Below are positions 51,198 through 62,251 of a stretch of 64,000 bases of DNA, one piece after another. The first letter of the stretch is position 1; every line of letters begins with the position of its first letter. The stretch is from Eutreptiella sp. 'Long Island Sound 2002' (lineage: Eukaryota; Protista; Euglenida): the NCBI GenBank assembly GCA_964036045.1, contig OZ038379.1:3286001-3350000 (forward strand), in the 5' to 3' direction. The notes below the pieces were generated by a model that saw nothing but the letters and a program-made list of their open reading frames with translations, did no database searches and had not been told where the DNA came from. The translations under genes and the position numbers were made by a program.

Positions 51198-51990
51198 ACT
51201 TTTGGCAGAACTGAAGGCATTGGGCGTGTGCCCATGCAGAATTTATTACTTTTGGCAGAACTGGGAGCATTGGGCGTGTGCCCATGCAGAATTTATTACT
51301 TTTGGCAGAACTGAAGGCATTGGGCGTGTGCCCATGCAGAATTTATTACTTTTGGCAGAACAGAAGGCATTGGGCGTGTCCCCATGCGGAGTTTATTACT
51401 TTTGGCAGAACTGAAGGCATTGGGCGTGTGCCCATGCAGAATTTATTACTTTTGGCAGAACTGGGGGCATTGGGCGTGTGCCCATGCAGACTTTATTACT
51501 TTTGGCAGAACTAAAGGCATTGGGCGTGTGCCCATGCAGAATTTATTACTTTTGGCAGAACTGGGGGCATTGGGCGTGTGCCCATGCAGACTTTATTACT
51601 TTGGCAGAACTGGGGGCATTGGGCGTGTGCCCATGCAGAATTTATTACTTTTGGCAGAACTGGGGGCATTGGGCGTGTGCCCATGCAGACTTTATTACTT
51701 TGGCAGAACTGGGAGCATTGGGCTTGTGCCCATGCAGACTTTATTACTTTTGGCAGAACTGAAGGCATTGGGCGTGTGCCCATGCAGAATTTATTACTTT
51801 TGGCAGGCCTGAAGGCATTGGGCGTGTGCCCATGCAGAATTTATTACTTTTGGCAGAACTGAAGGCATTGGGCGTGTGCCCATGCGGAGTTTATTACTTT
51901 TGGCAGAACTGGGGGCATTGGGCGTGTGCCCATGCAGAATTTATTACTTTTGGCAGAACTGAAGGCATTGGGCGTGTGCCCATGCAGAAC
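51198..51990. repeat. 50-bp minisatellite, 16 copies (TTTTGGCAGAACTGAAGGCATTGGGCGTGTGCCCATGCAGAATTTATTAC)
   Basis: Period 49-50 bp, head-to-tail with no spacers; variants at the GAAG/GGGA/GGGG and AAT/ACT positions. Confidence 0.97.
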
Positions 51991-53011
51991 TGCCGTGGGG
52001 GGCGACGGGGTTGGGGGGGGGGGGGGACGTGGGGGAGACGAGAGCGACGCGATGGGCGTTGCGCCCGCCGCGGTGTGGCGCCGTCCAGCCCGGCCCGGCC
52101 GGGGCAGCCGTATCCGGTGCGTCCGGTGGAATCGGTTCCGGGCACAGCAGACACCAGACACCAGACACTGCGCACTTATTCCAATGCGCATTGCAACACA
52201 TCTGCACTAACCACCTTAAACAGAAATTACAGTACAAAGCAGCGGACGCACAAATACTGCCATTTTATTATTTCGAGTATCCGAAGACAACTGCGAATGA
52301 CAGTTGTCGACTGGTCATCAATTGATCATTGTCAGTCGGAGGTTGGCAATTAGTCATCGACGGTTGAGTTAATCGCCAGCAGTTGGTTACTTATCGCTGG
52401 CGGCGGTGCATGCCCCACCCACTCAATCATTCCTCTCCTATGCCAAGATGCCTTGTTTTGTCGATACTTGGTGTCTGCATGTTACAACAGTCAGGCACTC
52501 TTGGCTTGGTGTTGTCCTTCATGCACAGAGGTAGAGGTGGGAGGCATGAAGCAAGGGGGCAAGGAAGGGGGGGGGGGCGGGTCCGACACATAACACACAC
52601 ACACACACACTTGTGCAGGAATCAAACGATAAAACCACTGATGTTTATCACGAGCACAGCAAATCGGCTCGCACCCGTAACACGTCATCAGGCCAGTGAG
52701 CAATCAAAACAGCACAAAGCAAAGTAAAAGCATTGAAGCTGCCATGAAGTCATAAGGCTAGGCGCCTCTGCAGGGGTGTAACGGACGAGAGTACAGTGTA
52801 TGCATATCATCAGCAGGTGAGTCACAAGCACTTGAACTGACCCTGTTCCTAACACCCCAGCCAGGGAGGGGAGGGAACGAATCTGGACTACGCAGCAGCC
52901 CTTACATGCCCGGAACAACCACTGTTCATTAAACCTTGCTCTGCGTGCATACCTGGGGGCTGGGGACACACACACACACACACACACCGATGCACCACAC
53001 CATCACAACAC

Positions 53012-53205
53012 CTGTGCCGGCCCACGCTCTGTACAAAACCGCGTGAACTGTCGGAAAGTCATGAAGTTGCGCTTGTACACCGCAGGGCCACGGGGCCGAT
53101 ACCGGAACGCCCTGACGAGCCCCGCGACGTCCGCTTCTGTTGGCGCACGGTCCAGCGCAAACGACGGTGCAAACTGCAGCATTGAACGGGCGCACTGGTC
53201 GAAGC
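53012..53205 (-). CDS. SF2 helicase gene exon between motifs Ia and II (GFDQCARSMLQF...NFMTFRQFTRFCTERGPAQ)
   Basis: Acceptor tgtctcgcag|GC, donor CAG|GTGTTG; 194 nt, phase 1-0, exactly bridging the phase-1 end of 55356 and the phase-0 start of 50014. Confidence 0.78.
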
Positions 53206-53361
53206 CTGCGAGACAGAGCGGGCAATGGGGCTCCAGGGGGTTGCTGCGGTGCCTACACGGCTCCTGGCGCAAACGGCTTTGATTCTCGCTGGTGTGAGTG
53301 GCACTGGTGGAGGTCGAGAGACGGGCCGCGTTCGGACCCTGACCAACCCAACCATTGGAGT

Positions 53362-53430
53362 TGTACAGCTGTGTCTCAATGGTGAATCACCGGAAATCCA
53401 GGGGATCCCGGGTTCGAACCCGGTTACTGA
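53362..53430 (+). mobile_element. Degenerate tRNA-like / SINE head
   Basis: gtctcaatggtgaa (A-box-like)...ggaaatcc...cccgggttcgaacccgg (B-box/T-arm); no convincing acceptor stem. Confidence 0.45.
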
Positions 53431-53499
53431 GCTCATCAAGTCACGCTCCACTACTAGGGTGCAGATCTATCGCTCCCCTGTCCATTGCCACATTGATAC

Positions 53500-54655
53500 C
53501 AACCAAAAAAACTGCCCCGTTTAAATTTTTCCTTGCTGTGAGTTGTGTAATTACTGGGAAAAAAAAAAACAGACCGGTGGAAAAAAAATTTGTCGGCACG
53601 TGCAATTTTTTTTGTGGTAAGTGGTGTAAAAAAAAATTGGAAAGTGAAAAAGAAAAGAAAGGCCACTTTTTGCAATACGTACGCAATATGTACAGTTGCC
53701 GGGTTCATACGGCACCCCGCAGCGACCTTAATAATGCACCGTTGAGTCCACAAAGCACAAAGTACTCTGTGTGGCAAGCATTTGATTGGGACTCAGCCAA
53801 TATAAGGATATGGAAAGGGGTGAGAGTGACATCCACTCAGAGTACCTGCCACCATGAAAAATGCAACTCATGTAAAAAAAAATCGTCAAGTTGTGTCTTT
53901 TTTTTGGCGGTAAAGTTGTGTAATAATAGCATGTTCATACACTCCACCTTTGGTACACCAAATAGGTGGAGGAAAAGATAGTAACACGAAAAGTCTGCAA
54001 ACATGCACCCACTACAAGTAGTTGCAAAATGCACGTTCGTAGATGAGGTCAGTCGTTGTATCGGAGGACTTGGGCTTTGCACCAGGACTAGTGTTCCACT
54101 TACAAGCCTTAGGCAAATCAACTACCAACTGCTTGGTCACCTCATTGATGAAGTGCTAGTCACGCTCCAGCTGGCCAGATGCATCTTTGAGGGAGCTATC
54201 TGGCACCTTGCGCCACTCTCCACCGATGAGGCCCTTCAGACGGGTGTCCTCCTCTTTGGTACCAGTGGCCATGGAAGGTTGCGCCCTAGGTTGTGGGCCT
54301 TCCGGGCTTTGCTTGGAGGAGGAATCCTTGCCTTTGAGCGGGGTGGGGGTGGTCTGAACACTCTCATGAGTCTCAGAAAGTGCACCTTGAACTTGGGTGC
54401 TGGGGGGACACAAGAGGGCAAGGAAGCTCAGTCTGCATTTACCGCAAAAAAAAATTGCACAGCGGCACAATTTTGGTTTACTCGTGTTTACCGCCAAAAA
54501 AAAAATTACACGATGGGACAATTTTTTTGTACTCATGTTTTCTGCACAATGGGACGGTTGTTTTGCACTCGCGTTTACCACAAAAAAAAATTACACGACT
54601 TTACTGCCAAAAAAAAATACACAGTTTTGCATTTTTTTTGTACTCGCATTTACCG
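53500..54655. mobile_element. Possible non-autonomous element with inverted A-tract-rich subterminal repeats and a decayed internal ORF
   Basis: gtgcaatt(T)n-g.ggtaa at ~53600 is the reverse complement of ttaccgc(A)n-ttgcac at ~54440; A/T runs repeat at both ends. Confidence 0.4.
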
Positions 54656-55103
54656 GCCCCTTTCCAGTTGGGTATGGACTAGCCCCTTTCCAATGGATAT
54701 GGACCAGCCCCGTTCTAGTTGGGGATATGGATTGGCCACTTTCTAGTTGGGGATAGGGGCTAGCCCCTTTTCCAGTTGGGGATATGGATGGGCTCCTTTC
54801 CAGTTGGAGATATGGACTGGCCCCTTTCCATTTGGGGATATGTACTGGCCCCTGTCTAGTTGGGGATGTGGACCAACCCCTGTCCGATTGGGGATGTGGA
54901 CCAACCCCTTTCCATTTGGGGATATGGACTGGCCCCTTTCTAGCTAGGGATATGCACTAGCCCCTTTCTAGTTGGGGATATGGACTAGCCCCTTTCCAAT
55001 TGGGGATATGGATTGGCCCAGTTCCAACTAGGGATATGGACTGGCCCCTTTGCAATTGGAGATGTGGACTAGCCCCTTTCCAGTTGGGGATATGCACTGC
55101 CCC
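54652..55103. repeat. ~28-bp minisatellite (ATATGGACTGGCCCCTTTCCAGTTGGGG), about 16 diverged copies
   Basis: Directly visible tandem periodicity. Confidence 0.93.
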
Positions 55104-55355
55104 CAAAAATGAGGTGATGGGCTCTCACACTTCGGTGTGGCTCCTTGAGTTGGGGTGATGGACTCCCAAAGCCTCGTTGTGGCCGGAAATAACTCCCACC
55201 AGCCCCAACGGGGAAATAATCATGGGGCATGGGCACAGTGAAACGTCTCCGTTGGAAATGATTGTGTTGCAGTGTGTCGTGTTGCGGTGCGTTGCAATGT
55301 GTTGTGTTGTGGTGCGTTGCAATGTGTTGCACATGTGTTGCACGTGACAGCAGAC

Positions 55356-55575
55356 CGTTGTGCCGCGTGTTCTGCGGCGTGGATACCACGTAGACGTCCA
55401 GCTCCGAGAAGTACAACAGCTCCAGCAGCAGCGCCACCATCACACTTTTGCCGGAGCCCGGGGTCCACCAGTACAGACAGCCACGCACGTCAGGGGTCGC
55501 CAGCACCTTCTGCGCGTGCTTGTACCCCGCCGCCTGCCACGCTGTCAACACCGGGGGCGCCGCGCGTGCATCCAT
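55356..55575 (-). CDS. SF2 helicase gene exon: Q motif (LTAWQ), Walker A (WWTPGSGKS), motif Ia (VYVVSTP)
   Basis: Acceptor ttctctgcctctcag|ATG, donor AACG|GTCTGC; 220 nt. From this ATG the five helicase exons total 1932 nt (643 aa plus stop). Confidence 0.85.
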
Positions 55576-56982
55576 CTGAGAGGCAGAGAAGTCTGGCGCA
55601 GTCTTGGGTTGGGCTTGGAGTGGAATTTCGCACCAGATGGCTTCGCAGAGCACCTCCCATCCAATTGGCTAAATAGTGCACCAGCAGCCCCCAGTCTGCC
55701 CACAGCCCCTGAACCGGTCTCCTCCCACCCACTCTGACGCAGTCGCGGGCATTCTTTGATAGCGCAAAAAAAAAAAATTTCCGGCGTCCAGTACACTGAG
55801 CCTGGCGGTCTGAGGGGAGTCGACGGCACTCTGAGTATAACCACCGGTTGAGAAGGCAGCGATGGCGGTTGGAGCCACGGCGGTTTGAGGGCAACCTACG
55901 GCGGGTGGGAGGGATGTGGGGCGGAGGGGGGGCCTTGAACATAACAAAGGAAAAACAAGACAAAACCTACCGTGTCCGTGCAGGCCAGGCTGCTGTCTTG
56001 ATCTTGGCATGTTACCGGGAATCCATGAAGCCCTGTCCGATTAGGGCACGCGCGCGGTGCAAATACTGGGGGCTCTTGTGGTGGTGGCCATCCTTCCGGG
56101 TGGGGGGGTGTGGGGGCGTGGGGGCCACAGTCCGGGGCATGAGGGCATCGGCACAGCAGGGCAGTCCCTGTTGTGTGTGCCACAAATTCGATTTGCACAC
56201 GTTTCGGGGTCCATCTTCCAGCAAAACTGGGGTCGGTCCGTCCGGACGGTCAGGCCCGTTTGGCACTGCGGCGCGGCAAATAAAAGCCCCCCAAACCAAG
56301 ACGCCACAGGCCCACGGCGACGTCCTCTATTACTGTGGCGTGGTCTGAAACGGGGCGGTCTTTTAGGGGAAGAAATGGGCTCCTTAGCGACCGCCCTGGC
56401 TCGGGCTCCGACATGCCTCAAGGCCTGGCAGCTCCGGAGCAGCGCATTGCGAACCCCCATACCGGGGGGGGGGGGGGGGCTGCAGCGGGAATTTTCGCTG
56501 TGGGATATTTGGCGCTTGGAATTTGTGCGAAATTTCGGACACAATTTTCAGGCCGCTGTGCGAAATAAACCCGCTTCGAAATTTAGCGAAATTTCTTGCA
56601 ACGCATGGTTTTCCGTGCCTTCTCCCACTGTACATGCTAATCACGCTTCCAAGGGCTCCCGCTTTGCATTGTCCACATTGGAAATAGTAGCCCCACAGCC
56701 ACAAACAACCATCATCCAACAATGAGGTCTTGTATGCATGCAGCAGGGGGGGAAACAGCAACCAAAAATAATACATCACTTCATCTTGACCCAGCCACAT
56801 GCAACCCTGAGACCCCCCTGTGTATAACAGCGGGGGCTCCTGGGCCAATAACGCACCAACCAAAGCAAACCCCCACCCACCCAGACCCCCCCCTCTTGCG
56901 AAATAGCTTGATTTCTGAAGCCTGCCCATGGGGGTCCAAATGAACCCCCTGGCCAGCCACAGCTGACCGACCCACCCTCCCA

Positions 56983-57262
56983 CATCAGAAAAATTTTACT
57001 CGTGACGATCAACGGCAGGAGGCTTCAAAAATGGTATTTGACAGCCGGTTACAAGAAATGCGTAGTGAAGTATGGGTAAAACAGTTGCCCATCTGTCATT
57101 TGCGTCACCGGGGCAAAAAGTTGGCCACTCAAGGCTGTACCAATCCAATGGGGCGGCCTGGAAAATTGACCCACGACAGAACCACGGCGTTGAAGAGCTA
57201 TTTTGATGAGGTACGCGCTGAAGGTGCATGTGTAGATCGTGAGTGTATTGCAATTTGGCCAC
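56983..57262 (+). pseudogene. Possible pogo/Tigger (Tc5, CENP-B-type HTH) transposase N-terminal remnant
   Basis: KNFTRDDQRQEA...GRPGKLTHDRTTALKSYFDEVRAEGACVDRECIA resembles the GR...L...E..L..W+...R..G..V....I pattern; no DDE domain follows. Confidence 0.45.
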
Positions 57263-57284
57263 GGATTTGGTGGCAACCCTCCCG

Positions 57285-57470
57285 GAAGTCACAACAACCC
57301 ACCAGGAAGGAACAGCAACCCTCCCAGAATTAACAGCAAGCCACTGGGAAGGGACAACAATCCCCCAGGCCTCACCAGCAACCCATCGGGAAGGAACAAC
57401 AACCCTCTAGGACTCAACAACAAAGCATCAGCAAACAACAGAAACCACCAGAAATTAACAGCAACCACCA
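57285..57470. repeat. Degenerate 21-bp tandem repeat (reads NNPPGRN-like on +)
   Basis: caacaaccc...ggaagg units recur about every 21 nt. Confidence 0.7.
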
Positions 57471-58237
57471 GCAAAGGCAGGCTCACAGCATGTGGGTGCG
57501 AAATTTCCCACTGCAAATTCAGGGCTGCATGCCAAATAAAGCCGCTTTGAAATATCCCACGGGGAAAAATCGAGGTGATTCCCGCCATGAGAGCCCCCCC
57601 TTGTACCACTGCCCTTCCCGCCATGAGAGCCCCCCCCCCCCCCCCCTGTACCACTGCCCTTCCCGCAGACCCGCATCTGCAGCGGCCGCGGTCTACCCTG
57701 CTGTGGCCGTGGCATGAGAAAAAAAAAGGCTGTCGTAAACCCCTTTCCCGTTTGGGCTGCTCTTCACGCGGCAGGTGCACGGTGCAACAACGGCGGCTTG
57801 ATATACCACCTCTTGTCGTCAACTGCATCTCGAGGCATGGCCTTGGGTTTGGGTTTGGGGCTGGCTGAGCGAAGCACGAGCGCACTCGCGCACATGCGGT
57901 GCGGGAAGCGCCTCGAATGGCGTTGGGTGTGCCAGACATCACGGTGCCATTGCGAGATCCTTGGCGACTCCCGTTCTGTATCATCGGAGGCTATTGGCAC
58001 ACATGCACCACTTCTGTGCACTACACGGGACACTGCAGGGGCGGTGACAGGGGGCCCTAAATGTAGCCCAAGTGTGCAGGCGACACAAAAACCCCATTCA
58101 CGGCCACAGAGCCATGCCACAATGGGAAATGCACCCACCCTCTGTTCTGGCAGGCCCAAAGAGCAACAAAAAACCGGCTGAGATCCGTCAAAACCCGCCC
58201 GGATTGCCCTGACGCAACGCATGGACGGGCAGCGCAC

Positions 58238-58631
58238 CGAGGCCTTGCACTGCGGGGCCATCTTGTACGACCCCAGTTCACTCGTCCAGTCGTGCCCCGG
58301 GGCCGCTGCGGCGGAGCCGCGCATGAACGCGCGCAAGAACGCCTGGTAGCCCTCCGCCTGCGGGTGGGGCCAGTCGTCCGGCAGAGGGCGTGGCTGGCGC
58401 CTGCGAGACCCAGGGGCACGGCACGTGTAGCGGTACTGCACCGTCGCGGGCAAATATCCGCAGGGCCCATCCCCCTCGCCCTCTGGGTCTGCCTCCTCGT
58501 CCCCGGCAGCCGGGTCCAAATCCATTCCGTCTGCCTCTTCGTCGGTGTCGGGGTCGTCCGGGGGTTCCGGCTCTGAGTCCGATCCGGACTCTTCGTCAAA
58601 AAGGGACTGCACCACGTCCTCCGTCTTCACC
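58238..58631 (-). CDS. Probable upstream exon of the helicase gene: acidic tract then FLRAFMRG...SYKMAPQCKAS
   Basis: Acceptor ttatctcag|G, donor TCG|GTGCGC; 394 nt, phase 2-0, in frame with 55575; GC3-rich. Confidence 0.65.
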
Positions 58632-60567
58632 CTGAGATAACGGTGAGCTGATGCCAGGGAAGTAGGAGGTTGGGTGCGGGGGGAGGTCTGGGACCCAAAG
58701 GTTTGTGCACCAAAAAAAATAAACAAAAAAAAACAAAAATGGCCCGATCAGATTTTACCCGCTGTAAATTTCGTGTTTCCCCCCGTGGTCACTTTGGTCT
58801 GGCTGGGGGGGGGGGGGGGCACGAGGCCATGGTGTTCGTTCGTTTGCCTTTGGCGGCGCCCATTGGCCTCTCGCCACTGCACACGCCGACCCTCTGTGGG
58901 TCCGAACGTGTTTTGGTTGTGTCAGCGGAGCCACTGGATGACTTGTCCTGTTTGACTACTTTGGGGTCGGCTGTCCCGGAGACGGGCTGTTGCCCGCGCC
59001 GTTGACCAGGTGCATCCAGATGCACACTCCGAGTCCATGCTGGGTTTGCCGACTCCAGCACTCTGGCGGGGGGGGAGGGGGGGGTCCAGGAAGAGGGGTA
59101 GCCCCGTCCTCCTACGGTGTGCGGCCCTTCTAATACTTCCCTGGGTGAGGTGGTGTGATGTGACGTGACGTGAGGCGACGTGAGGCCCAGGATGCGAGCG
59201 TAGTGTTGCCTCCTACGCCCAGCTCAGCCGGGGCTCGAACCAGGTCCCTCTGGTTCCGGCCACGTGCCTTAATAGCTGAGCCACGTGACCTCCTTCCCCT
59301 GAGATGACAGGCCGTGTATTGATGCAACCAATGCTCAATCGGGGGGGATGGGGGGGGGGGGGTGGCACAAGGCCTCGGTATTAGATGTGGGGGGGGGGGC
59401 TGGCACAAGGCCTCGGTATTAGATGTCGGGGGGGGGGGCTTTCCACTGCGGGTTGAGGGTTAGAGACCCCTGACCGGAACGCCCCCTGAAAACAGGCTCC
59501 ATAGGTCGAGCCCCAAATCCAAATCCAAGGCCGCCATGGACGTCACCCGGACCCAAAAAGGGAAAGACTGAAAGTGGTATTTTCGAATTAGCACGAGACG
59601 TGCCAATGGCTCAGGAAAGCCCTCGTCCAACGGGTGTTCAATGAAACAGATTTCTCCGGCCATTCTTAGACGGTTTCCTCGCCGCGGTCAGATTTCCTAG
59701 TGCTGATCAATTGGCCCCTGGCCCTCCTACTACTCGGCCCCACTGTTTTGCAACAACGAAAACCAAAGCACCCAGTTTACCCAGTGTACGAGGATGCAAT
59801 GGGTAACTCGGGTCCCGCATATCAACTGCCAGACAAAATGTCGTATCAGGGGCTTAGAGCCCCCAAAAAAATTGGCTTCAGGTCCCGATGCACCTCTGGA
59901 TATGCTACCTTCGGCCTCTCCTGTTGTCCCCCATCATCGTTGGTGCATACAAGCGGCCTCTCACACTGACTCGTGTGTCACCAGACGCTGTTGTTGATCC
60001 CTCTTCGTGCCTCTTGGGTGCGCTGCTCGGTCCACATTCACATTGCCGGCACCTGATCACCTCCACTCCTTCTATTGCACGACACCGACGTCTTTGAAGC
60101 ACGGCGGCCCCCGGCCAGGAACACTGCAACAAGAGGCCTCAGCACGGGCACACAAGCGTTCATGGCATCCCAAATATCCCCAAACAACAGCTGCGCTTGT
60201 TTACAACAGAATTCAGACTGCAAAGACTTGCACCAGAGGCCTGAGAGAAGCCCGTAACGCAGCCTGTGCTTGGACAAAACTCCTGTGTAGAGGAATCCAA
60301 CGAAAAGAAAAAGACAACAGCCCAGGCACTGTTTGGCACGGCGCCACCCTTCATGTCATTTCTCGGGCCTCAGGCCGGTGCCCTGGTCTCTCGGGCTCTG
60401 GCCGCTCTCCTGCAGGTCCGGTAACGTGGGTATCCCGGGGGGCAGCGCGGCCCCCATGTCTGGTGGCCTACTGGAAGCCACCCCCCCCTCCCCCGGGGCC
60501 CAGATGGTGGGCGAGGTATTCGCCGGGTCTGAACACAGGCTCATCCAATCTAGCACCCGCCGCTCAC

Positions 60568-60881
60568 CCCACTTCCCCAGGCGGACCGGCCCGCTGCCCC
60601 TGCAGGGGGGGGAGAGGTGGGCGTTCGCATGCCCCGGTCCGGGCCTCCGAGGGCCCCTGGCGATCCCACTTCCCCGCAGCCGTGGACGCAGGAGAGGGGC
60701 TGGGGCTGGGTCCGGGGCGGGTACCAGGAACGCCCCCGGGGGCCGAGCGGGGCGTGGCCCTGCGCCGCCCTGGGTCGCGTGCCGGAGAGGTCCGTCGAGG
60801 GCCTGGGGGGTGCATCTCACATGCCATGGGCGGCCGATATGCAGAGTCGTCGCGGACGCCATCGTGCTCCCCCGGGGCGTC
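60568..60881 (-). CDS. Probable upstream exon of the helicase gene: Pro/Arg/Gly-rich disordered linker
   Basis: Acceptor ggctcacag|GAC, donor GG|GTGAGC; 314 nt, phase 0-2, matching the phase-2 start of 58631 (junction reads EVG-VKTED). Confidence 0.55.
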
Positions 60882-61119
60882 CTGTGAGCCTTAAGATCGG
60901 CCACCACATCCAAACCCACTTCCCCACTCCCTCATCTGCCCTCCCCCACCCCACCCCACCCCTTCAGACCAGCCACGTAGACATCCCCCCCGCCCCACTG
61001 CCCATCCCTCCCTCCTTCAATCCCCTCCTTTACTGGAAGGGGGCACACCAGCCACAAGCAGGTCCCATGTCCTCGTTCTTCGGTCCAGGGGGCAGGGGGC
61101 CGGTGTGCCCACTCGGCAC

Positions 61120-61497
61120 CGGAGGCGGCGGCGAATCCTGCAGCTGTGGGCTGCCAGTGGACAGGGGCGTGGGCGCACGCTCCGCCTCCGGCTTGACCAG
61201 CCTTCGCAGCCCAGCCGAGGCTGGCCCAGACGCCCGTTCCAGGTCCTCCGGGGGCTGCAGCGCACAGAGGGCGTAGCGTATGGGGCGCTTGGAGAGCTGC
61301 ACAAAGGTCTGGCGATGGCCGTCGAGCATGCGCTTCAGGAGCTCGCGGGCCCCATCCCGATTCACAAAGACTTGCTGGTACAGCGGCTCCCCTAAAGCAG
61401 CCTCCACGAGCTCGTCCAGATCCGCGCCCTGCGGCTTTCCAGCCAATGCCACAAGCGCAAATTCCTTCAGTGACCCATGCGTTGACGCCGCCTGTTC
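61120..61497 (-). CDS. Probable upstream exon of the helicase gene: winged-helix-like domain (LKEFALVALAGKPQGADLDELVEAA...ARELLKRML...TFVQLSKRPIRYAL)
   Basis: Acceptor gtttgcag|GAA; three-helix plus beta-hairpin pattern; donor uncertain (CCG|GTGCCG is the only phase-0 GT). The start codon is not located. Confidence 0.55.
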
Positions 61498-61655
61498 CTG
61501 CAAACGATACCAGACGGAAACGGTGGCAACGCCCTGTGTGGGGGTGGGCAGTGCTACAGGGGGCCGGATGCAAGCACCGCGTAATGGAGGTGGAGCTTCG
61601 GAATGCTTCATCACGATGGTAGTGATTTGTGGTCAGTGGTCAGTTACAGTCAGTG

Positions 61656-61757
<102 letters not shown>

Positions 61758-62099
61758 CGCCCATATCTTTGAAATCATGCTCAAACTGCGACGTTCAACA
61801 TCTCAGACCTACTACTATGCAACCGAACCATGAGTTCTTGTGTTCTGGTGCCCTGTCATCAGGCTGCAGGAGAACCGGGTTGAGGGACGCTGGCATACAT
61901 GCAACATGGAACAAGAGGGGGTGGTGTCCATGCTCCTACGGCACCCTGCATCCCGCTGCCGTGCGCCCGTGCTTCCCTGTGTGGAGGCCCCATTGGGCAA
62001 GTCCACTGTGCTGTCGGTGGTCGCGGGGGCTGAAGCCCACGGGTTCCGCTGGAGCTCTTGTGCTGGGAGGGCACAGAGGGGGTTGGGGTTGGGGCTATA

Positions 62100-62214
62100 G
62101 TTATGGGAACAACCAACAAGCCAATTGCCCTTCTGAACTCAATAGTTTGAAAATCTGTTGTACCTCTGCACTGCTAAGTGGTGTGTATGGCAGTGGGCTG
62201 AACACTGGTGTTTT

Positions 62215-62251
<37 letters not shown>

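Noticed and set aside
51198-51990. CRISPR-like regular repeat array
   Set aside because: Units are head-to-tail with no unique spacers, there are no cas genes, and the context is a eukaryotic intron.
53003-53272. Tyrosine recombinase N-terminal-like peptide (YKRNFMTFRQFTRFC)
   Set aside because: Better explained as a helicase exon; its splice phases fit both neighbours exactly.
53362-53430. Functional tRNA gene
   Set aside because: The T-arm is present, but the acceptor and anticodon stems do not pair; treated as a SINE relic.
626-61497. Euglenid non-canonical introns or a spliced-leader RNA gene
   Set aside because: Every junction I could reconstruct is GT-AG and I found no SL exon sequence, so the host assignment remains an unverified inference.
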